Shown here: piece after piece, positions 9,487 to 16,226 of the stretch
Layout of the letters: each line of letters opens with the position of its first letter
How positions within the stretch are numbered: the first letter of the stretch is position 1
Position numbers and translations under genes: made by a program
Virus record (IMG/VR): IMGVR_UViG_3300042905_002309
Span: 32,001 to 96,000 of that record
DNA: 64,000 nt
Strand: one strand, 5' to 3'
Source of the DNA: a virus
Lineage: Duplodnaviria > Heunggongvirae > Uroviricota > Caudoviricetes
The notes under the pieces: model-generated
Databases searched by the model: none
Told to the model about the DNA's origin: nothing
What the model saw: only the letters and a program-made list of their open reading frames with translations

Positions 9487-9794
9487 TGGTCGAGAAAAGA
9501 CTCCGCTTTAAGAGGATTTCACTATTGTTCTGTTGGTTCTCCCTTCACTCACGGTGATGGAGCCAACATCTATCTCTCTTCTTAGTCTACCTGCACCTGA
9601 ACTGGTGCTGTTCCTTTAGCCAACTGGATTTCACTGTTGTTCTCTACGTGGAGCCATATATCCCGCTATAGTCGGGGTATGGACATGTATATGATCTATC
9701 AGTTGTGTTAACTATTTTCATGCAATTCTCTAGGGTTTAATCATTATGGAGAACTGCACTAAAATACGTTCAAAGCTAATTAAACTATCTCTCG
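9487..9794 (-). ncRNA. ~308-nt structured RNA with tRNA-like acceptor stem and CCA end
   Basis: 5' CGAGAGA pairs with 3' TTTCTCG-ACCA; D-arm-like hairpin; several internal stems. Confidence 0.65.
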
Positions 9795-9804
9795 AAATTG
9801 GTAA

Positions 9805-9945
9805 CGGATCAAATAATGGTCGTAAATTTCAGGCTTGTTATGATCGTGGTATAGCACTTTGTATTATTGATTCATCTAAACAAAAGTATGTAAAGGAATC
9901 TAATAGTATCAAATTTCTTGATATCATAACTAACATAATAAACGA
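9805..9945 (+). pseudogene. Remnant C-terminus of a PD-(D/E)xK homing endonuclease
   Basis: NNGRKFQAC..RGIALCIIDSSK..Y.KE....FLDIITNII resembles the end of ORF 8134..9045. Confidence 0.5.
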
Positions 9946-9948
9946 AAG

Positions 9949-10022
9949 TAGCGGGTCAATGAGTCGAACATTGAATGTATAGGTTATGAGCCTCACCAGA
10001 AAACCCTTTCTAGCTACCCGCA
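9949..10022 (-). tRNA. tRNA-Met(CAT), initiator-like; CCA not encoded
   Basis: GCGGGT/ACCCGC acceptor with 1:72 mismatch, loop CTCATAA. Confidence 0.7.
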
Positions 10023-10033
10023 AATTCTAAAAT

Positions 10034-10108
10034 TGGTGCCGATAGAGGGAATCGAACCCACGCAAATCTGCTTATGAAACAGACACTCAGCCATTGAGTG
10101 ATATCGGC
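10034..10108 (-). tRNA. tRNA-Met/Ile2(CAT)
   Basis: TCTGT-TTCATAA-GCAGA; CCA. Confidence 0.85.
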
Positions 10109-10115
10109 GTAAAAT

Positions 10116-10198
10116 AATACCAAGTGTCCTGAACCTCTAGACGACTGATGAACTTTCATTCACCAAGATGGATTCGAACCATCGTTTCTCAGTTGATT
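10116..10198 (-). ncRNA. Circularly permuted tRNA-like RNA
   Basis: Order T-arm, acceptor stem closed by GAAA loop, D-arm; ends lie at the anticodon stem. Confidence 0.7.
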
Positions 10199-10273
10199 AA
10201 ACGCAAGTGGTCTACTATTAACCTACAATAGTTTGATCTATCGTTGGAAGTTGCATCCAAACTACTTGCTAAA

Positions 10274-10347
10274 TGGTGGGAACAGAGAATTTCGAAATCT
10301 CATTGCTAGGGTTTCACTCTAGAGTACTGCCTTTGTACGACATTCCC
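10274..10347 (-). tRNA. tRNA-Phe(GAA)
   Basis: CTAGA-GTGAAAC-CCTAG; CCA. Confidence 0.85.
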
Positions 10348-10548
10348 AAAAATCTATAGGTATCGTGTCCTAAAACGCTTACATTTACATGACTTTAAGT
10401 GTCATAATCAACTATCGCTGAAAATCTTCGAAATTCCGCTATAGTTGATTTGGAAATTGGTGTAGTCTCTCCTTACTGCCACTATTGACATGATCAGTGT
10501 ACGGCTGGATGTCATTTCGGGTTAGTTACCGTATCCATTTCTGGAAAT

Positions 10549-10624
10549 TGGTGGAGCAGATGGGAGTTGAACCCACATTATGCCACATTGCAGGTGTGGT
10601 GCATGGCCTTTATGCTACTGCCCC
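10549..10624 (-). tRNA. tRNA-Ala(TGC)
   Basis: G3:U70 pair; loop CCTGCAA; CCA. Confidence 0.9.
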
Positions 10625-10635
10625 ATAAAATATGT

Positions 10636-10700
10636 GCTGGATTTCACGAATGTTCCACCTACCACTCCACTGATCAGGTGGTTGTAAGGTGTCTATCAGC
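10636..10700 (-). ncRNA. Small three-way-junction RNA module
   Basis: GCTG-ATAGA-stem-GAA-CA(TTCG)TG-AAATC-CAGC; same module occurs twice in the 308-nt RNA. Confidence 0.55.
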
Positions 10701-10704
10701 GTAA

Positions 10705-10761
10705 CAGACTAGTATGTTTTTTTCTTAATAATAGAATTTTTTTGTTTGCTGGAACTAGTCT
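10705..10761 (-). ncRNA. CAGCAA stem RNA (minimal copy)
   Basis: AGACTAGT/ACTAGTCT stem followed by TCCAGCAAAC. Confidence 0.6.
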
Positions 10762-10767
10762 AAATTG

Positions 10768-11067
10768 TTAAATGTCCGAAGCTTCTCTTGTGCGTCTATA
10801 ATCTTGGCTTCTTACATTGTTTTCTTCACTGGTTTGAAAATGGCTCGATACTGTTTCAACCTTCCATCCATTATCATCACCAATTCTTAAATACTTTCCT
10901 AAGATTGCATACTTTGCAGGTATGTAAGCTACTTGTGTAGCATTTTTCTTAGAGAGTGTGCATTGTTTGTAATCATTCTTCATGATTTGTCTTCTGATTG
11001 TTGTAGTGTCACTATCTTCATAGGGACTTCTTAAAACATTGTCAGGTGTACTTGGATAAACTTTCAT
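10768..11067 (-). CDS. Hypothetical protein inside tRNA operon
   Basis: 99-aa ORF with AG-rich RBS. Confidence 0.6.
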   Translation of the reverse strand: MKVYPSTPDNVLRSPYEDSDTTTIRRQIMKNDYKQCTLSKKNATQVAYIPAKYAILGKYLRIGDDNGWKVETVSSHFQTSEENNVRSQDYRRTREASDI

Positions 11068-11093
11068 AATTACTTTCTTTCTTTGTTAAAAAA

Positions 11094-11168
11094 TGGCACC
11101 CGATAGGGGTTTCGATCCCCTTTCTAGAGTTTGAAGGACTCCTATCCTAGCCAGTAGACGAATCGGGT
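11094..11168 (-). tRNA. tRNA-Glu(TTC)
   Basis: GGAGT-CCTTCAA-ACTCT; G73; CCA. Confidence 0.85.
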
Positions 11169-11177
11169 GTGTTAAAA

Positions 11178-11252
11178 TGGCACCTCATGAGGGTATCGAT
11201 CCCTCTCCTACAGATTGAGAATCTATCGACCTAGCCACTAGTCCAATGAGGT
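11178..11252 (-). tRNA. tRNA-Glu(CTC)
   Basis: ATAGA-TTCTCAA-TCTGT; CCA. Confidence 0.9.
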
Positions 11253-11259
11253 ATTAAAG

Positions 11260-11348
11260 TGGTGCATCTGACAAGAGTTGAACTTGTATTTGCCTAACGG
11301 CCTTTTGGGTTCGTAGCCCAACGTGCTAATCCATTACACTACAGATGC
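11260..11348 (-). tRNA. tRNA-Arg(ACG) with long variable arm
   Basis: TTGGG-CTACGAA-CCCAA; CCA. Confidence 0.85.
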
Positions 11349-11355
11349 ATAAAAA

Positions 11356-11431
11356 TGGTGCAGACACTAGGATTTTAACCTAGAACAAGAGGATAGGAAC
11401 CTCACATGATGTACACTTTCACCATGTCTGC
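11356..11431 (-). tRNA. tRNA-Arg(CCT)
   Basis: GAGG-TTCCTAT-CCTC; CCA. Confidence 0.85.
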
Positions 11432-11437
11432 ATGAAA

Positions 11438-11513
11438 TGGCGCAGATACCAAGATTCGAACTTGGAATTAAAGGGTAGAAACCTATCGTGATAGTCCGTT
11501 TCACTATACCTGC
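11438..11513 (-). tRNA. tRNA-Arg(TCT)
   Basis: AGG-TTTCTAC-CCT; CCA. Confidence 0.85.
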
Positions 11514-11521
11514 ATTAAAAT

Positions 11522-11597
11522 TGGAGCCAACAGTGACAATCGAAGTCACAGCCTTCACATTACCAATGTGATGTTCCGCCACTTGAACTATGTTGGC
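11522..11597 (-). tRNA. tRNA-Thr(GGT)
   Basis: TCACA-TTGGTAA-TGTGA; CCA. Confidence 0.9.
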
Positions 11598-11602
11598 AAA
11601 AA

Positions 11603-11679
11603 TGGTCGGTCTGGTGGAAGTCGAATCCACATTATACTGGTTAAGAGCCAGTTCTATATGCCTTTCTAGTCACAGACCG
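11603..11679 (-). tRNA. tRNA-Lys(CTT)
   Basis: ACTGG-CTCTTAA-CCAGT; CCA. Confidence 0.9.
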
Positions 11680-11684
11680 ATAAA

Positions 11685-11759
11685 TGGTGCTCCTATTGGG
11701 TATCGAACCCACTTCCCAAGGGTAAAAGCCTCGTGTTAATCCACTACAACTCTAGGAGC
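11685..11759 (-). tRNA. tRNA-Lys(TTT)
   Basis: CGAGG-CTTTTAC-CCTTG; CCA. Confidence 0.85.
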
Positions 11760-11769
11760 GTAAAAAAAT

Positions 11770-11849
11770 TGGTGCGCCGAGTGAGAATTGAACTCACCTC
11801 GATCAATGTATAAGATTGAGCTAAATGCTACCAGCTTAGTTTTCGGCGC
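11770..11849 (-). tRNA. tRNA-Ile(TAT)
   Basis: TCAAT-CTTATAC-ATTGA; CCA. Confidence 0.85.
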
Positions 11850-11853
11850 AAAA

Positions 11854-11931
11854 TGGTCAGCTAGGTCAGACTTGAACTGACAATATTCCTGTATCCAAAA
11901 CAGGTCGCCTACCAATTGGCATCACTAGCTG
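11854..11931 (-). tRNA. tRNA-Pro(TGG)
   Basis: CCTGT-TTTGGAT-ACAGG; C1:G72; CCA. Confidence 0.9.
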
Positions 11932-11944
11932 ATTAAAATTATTT

Positions 11945-12046
11945 GTGGTCTATCCCCACCGTCAAATCAATGCTGGTTCACTTTAATCCTGTTGACCAGT
12001 AAATTCACCTATCACATCAGGGTTCGTAGGTGAAGATGTATTGATT
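11945..12046 (-). ncRNA. Structured intergenic RNA
   Basis: AATCAAT/ATTGATT closing stem, two hairpins with complementary loops, 3' GTGG/CCAC hairpin. Confidence 0.5.
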
Positions 12047-12050
12047 AAAT

Positions 12051-12127
12051 TGGTCGGAGTAACAGGGATCGAACCTGCATGACTTATGGGCCCAGGCCAT
12101 ACGCTTCGCCAATTAAGCTATACTCCG
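12051..12127 (-). tRNA. tRNA-Pro (loop CCTGGGC; TGG, possibly GGG register)
   Basis: CGGAGTA acceptor, TATGG/CCATA stem; CCA. Confidence 0.8.
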
Positions 12128-12133
12128 ATAAAA

Positions 12134-12210
12134 TGGTCGGCTATGGTGGTAACGATCCACCCTTCTCTGTGTATCAGACAGAAGTAATCAAACCTATATA
12201 CTAATAGCCG
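12134..12210 (-). tRNA. tRNA-Ile(GAT)
   Basis: TCTGT-CTGATAC-ACAGA; CCA. Confidence 0.85.
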
Positions 12211-12216
12211 ATAAAA

Positions 12217-12309
12217 TGGTGGCAATAGTAGGAATCGAACCTACCGTGTTTACCCGAAGGGAACAGATTTACAGTCTGCTACGACACAACCAATAGTCGT
12301 CTTACTGCC
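12217..12309 (-). tRNA. tRNA-Tyr(GTA)
   Basis: GCAGA-CTGTAAA-TCTGT, class II variable arm; CCA. Confidence 0.9.
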
Positions 12310-12314
12310 ATAAA

Positions 12315-12525
12315 AGGTTTTACTATGAATTCCTAGAAGTTTCCTTCATTAAAAAAGTCATTGGGATTAGAACGCTTCCAATCAGCGGTTGAATTCTCGA
12401 CTCTAACTGTGATTCAACAGACCTTATCTATTGAATAACATTCAACTTCTCACCGAATGAGGTTGAACTTAATCAACCCCTCTTCTACGAGATTTACTAA
12501 GGTTCCCCAACGCATCAGGGAATCC
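12315..12525 (-). ncRNA. Structured non-coding region at 5' end of tRNA operon 1
   Basis: Series of hairpins, no ORF. Confidence 0.4.
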
Positions 12526-12677
12526 TTTAAACAATCTATATTCAGTTTTCAAATATCTTCACAACATCTTTTAGCGTTGTAGGCACTTTCGCACCATTTA
12601 TTAACAGCCCCATCGTCGCTGTTAACCTTGGATACCGTTCTTGTATCCTAACCGTTATAATATCAAGTCTATAAACG

Positions 12678-12704
12678 AAAAAACCCACCGTTTTACTGGT
12701 GGGT
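12678..12704 (-). terminator. Attenuator terminator upstream of tRNA operon 1
   Basis: ACCCACC(A)G-TAAAA-CGGTGGGT plus U-tract; 5' arm can alternatively pair with GTGGGTGT in the leader ORF. Confidence 0.8.
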
Positions 12705-12725
12705 GTGTGATCCTAATGATCCTAT

Positions 12726-12815
12726 TTAACACCCACTACAACCTGCATCAAAGCGTTCTATCGCCTTGGGCATCGGTTTCACAGTTCCTCTATAAATTTC
12801 ACAAACTCTATTCAT
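12726..12815 (-). CDS. Leader peptide 1, MNRVCEIYRGTVKPMPKAIERFDAGCSGC (in-frame upstream ATG at 12830)
   Basis: Between TATAAATA (12835-12842) and the terminator; codons match operon 1 tRNAs. Confidence 0.7.
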   Translation of the reverse strand: MNRVCEIYRGTVKPMPKAIERFDAGCSGC

Positions 12816-12869
12816 AACTTCTCTCTTCATTAACTATTTATAACAATCATATCACTTTTCTACAGAAAA

Positions 12870-13004
12870 TCAAGAAATATTTTCAACTTTCTTTTTACAT
12901 ACGGAATTCACTGCATATCTTATACAATTTCCGCACACTCTTCTGCCCTTGTTCCTTAGTAATTTTCTCTTACATCTAGAACAATGTACGTATCTCGTCT
13001 TCAT
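12870..13004 (-). CDS. Small basic CxxC/CxxC protein
   Basis: MKTRYVHCSRCKRK...VCGNC; TTGACT promoter upstream. Confidence 0.4.
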   Translation of the reverse strand: MKTRYVHCSRCKRKLLRNKGRRVCGNCIRYAVNSVCKKKVENIS

Positions 13005-13058
13005 TGTTAATAACTTATCATGACACTCACTGGAAGTCAATAGGTATTTTGAAAATTG

Positions 13059-13496
13059 TTAAATAGATTTCTTTCGTTTGGGTGTTTTAGGTTCTTGTAC
13101 GGGTTTTTTATAATATACACCATGTATCATGATTAATCTATTTCGTATTGGACTTTTAGGATCGTTTGCCCATTTAAATAAATCTTCGATGCTGTATTTG
13201 TCGATAGGATATCCTTTTGAACACCAAGCATACAATGGTTCAATGATATCCAATGCTGTACCATCTTCATGAACTCTTTTAATCTCACCATTATGTATTC
13301 TTTCGACAACTTTTACACAATTTTCAAAAAACGCTAAATGTATGTCATAATAATCATCTACATGTTCTGGATCAAATAAACCCCGTTCTCCTGTAGCATT
13401 CCTTTTACTTGGTGGATTCTTTTTAAGATAATCTACAATATATTTCAAAGTATGTAAAACTGTTGTATACATCGTTGTTTCTTCTAATGTATTCAT
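13059..13496 (-). CDS. Hypothetical protein
   Basis: 145-aa ORF. Confidence 0.6.
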   Translation of the reverse strand: MNTLEETTMYTTVLHTLKYIVDYLKKNPPSKRNATGERGLFDPEHVDDYYDIHLAFFENCVKVVERIHNGEIKRVHEDGTALDIIEPLYAWCSKGYPIDKYSIEDLFKWANDPKSPIRNRLIMIHGVYYKKPVQEPKTPKRKKSI

Positions 13497-13909
13497 ATAT
13501 TACTCCCTACATTCGTCTTTAGTTGTCCTGTATACGCAGGATCAAGCTTGTGACGTTGGGCTGTCTCTCGTTCTACAGCTTTATCATGTGCATCATTGTA
13601 ATCCATCTTTGGATCAGCCTTCATTAATGATCTTTCATATACTTCGTGTTGAAAATTAAACCACATTTCCTTACGATCTTCCATCTCTTCTACCCAAATC
13701 TCGTCTTTAGGTACGTAGTCATAAACATATCCGTGTCCCCCTTCGACAAAATCAACATTAATATTTGAACGAACAAAATCACCATTTACAATGTATACGT
13801 TTACACCTTTAGCAATCTTGCTGTAGTTTGGCGAAAAGTGTTTCCAAGCTTGTTTTCCCGCTACCTTGGCATAATCTTTGAAATTCTTGAATGTGTGTTT
13901 AGTTTCCAT
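13493..13909 (-). CDS. Hypothetical protein
   Basis: 138-aa ORF; DFVEGGH...HEVYER...AH possible metal ligands. Confidence 0.65.
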   Translation of the reverse strand: METKHTFKNFKDYAKVAGKQAWKHFSPNYSKIAKGVNVYIVNGDFVRSNINVDFVEGGHGYVYDYVPKDEIWVEEMEDRKEMWFNFQHEVYERSLMKADPKMDYNDAHDKAVERETAQRHKLDPAYTGQLKTNVGSNI

Positions 13910-15023
13910 TTGGCTCCGGTGTCTTTTGTTTTAAAATATCAGCAGTAAGGCTTCTTACAAGAGATTTAATTCTATTGATATCATCTGATGCATCTACATT
14001 GACAAACGCTGTATAAATTTTACTCAATATCTTTCGATATAATGGCTCATTCTTCTTGAAATTATCAAGATACTTATACATCCACTCCAATGTACCACGT
14101 TGTTTGCTATTATGGTATAAGAATCTATCACGATTAACAACCTGACTATAAAAGTCTTTCTTTGTCATATCTGAATGATAGGTGTAATACATATATTGTA
14201 ATCTACGAATAAAACTAACTAAATTTGTGTAATATTCGATTGGTCGCTTAACATGTTCAACTCTTCGTGTACCTTCTGTCTCTTGTGCGATTAATTTTGG
14301 TTTTCTTCCTAATGATGGTATTTTCATTAGGACTTTAGAAATAGCTTCTTCGGCTGATTTAGCAGATATTACGATAAGTTTGTTATTATATGCAAATGAT
14401 TGTCCATCCTTTTGCATTTCTGGTGTAGTTATTGTCCATTTCTTCAATTTATCAATCTTATAACCACGCATAGTGACATCAGTAGGTAACATCTTTCTTG
14501 ATGGAGTACCACCAATATGCTTTTCATACTCTTTAATTGACATATCTGGTAATAAACCCTTTTTAATCTTATAAGTCACTATCAAATACTGAATATAATG
14601 TAATAATTCATGTTCAGTTACATGTAATAGAAGTTCTGTTAAATTACTGTTTAAACTGATAGTAATATAACCTACACCATCTTTGATATTCTTTCCAAGG
14701 TCTTTATTTTCAGGATTAGTTTTAGTGAAAAAACTATCTTCATATTTATTGTTATTAATTAAGATGATATGAGGGTTTATTTCGTTCAAAAAAGCCCAAT
14801 TAGTGCCACTGAAATCAATAGCAAAATCTTTATTAGGAAAGGATTTACCTGAAAGCCGTTTAATACCTTCCCCTCGCACTTTCTTATAAGAGGCTATGAT
14901 TTGATCTTCAATATCCTTAAAAACATGCTTTGCGAGTGATATTGTCTCTAGTAGTATAGTCTCATCTAGTTTTGTAAAAATATTAAACTTAATCATGTAA
15001 CTATTTATACACAATTCGGACAA
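13899..15023 (-). CDS. Hypothetical protein with HExxH motif
   Basis: EHELLHYIQ; probable start MIKFN after TATAAATA. Confidence 0.6.
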   Translation of the reverse strand: MSELCINSYMIKFNIFTKLDETILLETISLAKHVFKDIEDQIIASYKKVRGEGIKRLSGKSFPNKDFAIDFSGTNWAFLNEINPHIILINNNKYEDSFFTKTNPENKDLGKNIKDGVGYITISLNSNLTELLLHVTEHELLHYIQYLIVTYKIKKGLLPDMSIKEYEKHIGGTPSRKMLPTDVTMRGYKIDKLKKWTITTPEMQKDGQSFAYNNKLIVISAKSAEEAISKVLMKIPSLGRKPKLIAQETEGTRRVEHVKRPIEYYTNLVSFIRRLQYMYYTYHSDMTKKDFYSQVVNRDRFLYHNSKQRGTLEWMYKYLDNFKKNEPLYRKILSKIYTAFVNVDASDDINRIKSLVRSLTADILKQKTPEPNGN

Positions 15024-15292
15024 ATATAAGACATTTTTTTACCATGAAAAATCCAACCTACCCTAGCAGCTTCTTTCCAAGTGGTTTCTCGCTTACACCC
15101 CCCACAAAGAATCATGAAATTAGACGATAAAACCTCATCATAAACCAAATTTATAATGTTTTTATCCACTTTAGGTTTTGTAAGAAGTTTCTTGGATGTT
15201 TTCTTACAAGGTTTTGTCTGAAATTGTGCTTCTTTTTCAGACAAAACCTCAGAGTTAATTAAATTCAAAAGACTGTTTAAAGAGTCATTCAT
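15005..15292 (-). CDS. Hypothetical protein with C-terminal CxxC pairs
   Basis: CGGC...CPNC. Confidence 0.55.
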   Translation of the reverse strand: MNDSLNSLLNLINSEVLSEKEAQFQTKPCKKTSKKLLTKPKVDKNIINLVYDEVLSSNFMILCGGCKRETTWKEAARVGWIFHGKKMSYICPNCV

Positions 15293-15293
15293 T

Positions 15294-15797
15294 TTAATCG
15301 TGTTCTACTTTACATTCCAAGGTTTTCTTAATCTCAAATAAGTAATACATACAGATACTCTTTAAAAGATCAGGAACATCACAGATAGAGTTATGCATAG
15401 ATGAATCGCCAGTTAAGATGATATCTCCGTTATAAAATTTAGTTTGAATACGATAATACTGATTCAAAATATCTGTCACAAGTTCTGCATCAGGTTGGAC
15501 ATACTGATATCCACCAAGTCCACTATCTTCTTTTAATGCTTCCAATCTAGCGATTAATGTGGTAAGTTGTTCTGTCTCGCGTCTAAAATGTTTACCCATT
15601 AATTCGTTTCCCATAATATCTTTACGTCTATCGGTAAAGCGTTCAATCAAACTTTCTGGTTCAAAATAATCATACTGAAATTCTTGTGCAATTGACTCAC
15701 AAAAATCCATTATATTCACATCGTGAATACGTACAATATAACTTGCACTTGAACTGTTACTTACAAAACCGTTTCTTAATTTCATGATCTCTCCCAA
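15294..15797 (-). CDS. MKxRxGFVSNSSS-family protein
   Basis: MKLRNGFVSNSSSASY; probable start ~15785. Confidence 0.7.
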   Translation of the reverse strand: MGEIMKLRNGFVSNSSSASYIVRIHDVNIMDFCESIAQEFQYDYFEPESLIERFTDRRKDIMGNELMGKHFRRETEQLTTLIARLEALKEDSGLGGYQYVQPDAELVTDILNQYYRIQTKFYNGDIILTGDSSMHNSICDVPDLLKSICMYYLFEIKKTLECKVEHD

Positions 15798-16030
15798 TTT
15801 ACTATATCTTCTTCGACTCCAATGTTCACTAAAAATTCACGCATATCAAAATTATCCATAGAAGTATAACCTTCTACTGTGTGTGTTGTAACAGTAATAG
15901 TCCAAGGATTGTCATTAGTATGATCTGAATGATTCACAATATCAACTAATTGTTTAGCTGTAATCTTTATTAAAGGGATTACAAAGCTACTTGAGCTACT
16001 ATTACTTACAAATCCAATTCTTATTTTCAT
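15782..16030 (-). CDS. MKxRxGFVSNSSS-family protein
   Basis: MKIRIGFVSNSSSSSF with GGAG RBS (shorter than ORF-track call). Confidence 0.7.
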   Translation of the reverse strand: MKIRIGFVSNSSSSSFVIPLIKITAKQLVDIVNHSDHTNDNPWTITVTTHTVEGYTSMDNFDMREFLVNIGVEEDIVNWERS

Positions 16031-16031
16031 A

Positions 16032-16226
16032 TTATCTCCAAATTCTCCTATAACCATCAACGGGAAACATCTGTCTAAAAATTCTTTTTGGTGCAGTTTC
16101 AATATCTCTATGATAAAGCATTGAGAATATACAGAATTTACCAATAAAATACTTATATACAACGCCACTTAAAGGATACATGAAGATTGCGGGTACATAC
16201 CAAACCTTTTCTCGTGTTCTTTTCAT
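16032..16226 (-). CDS. Hypothetical protein
   Basis: Fills gap between neighbours with overlapping start/stop. Confidence 0.45.
   Translation of the reverse strand: MKRTREKVWYVPAIFMYPLSGVVYKYFIGKFCIFSMLYHRDIETAPKRIFRQMFPVDGYRRIWR

Noticed and set aside
9487-9794. RNase P RNA or tmRNA identity for the 308-nt RNA
   Set aside because: AGATAGATG...ACAGAAC recalls RNase P, but the GAGGAAAGTCC and GGCTTA P4 strands are missing; no Ala G3:U70 acceptor or canonical T-loop for tmRNA
12660-12850. T-box riboswitch upstream of the tRNA operons
   Set aside because: No AGGGTGGNACCGCG T-box consensus or specifier stem; leader-ORF attenuation fits better
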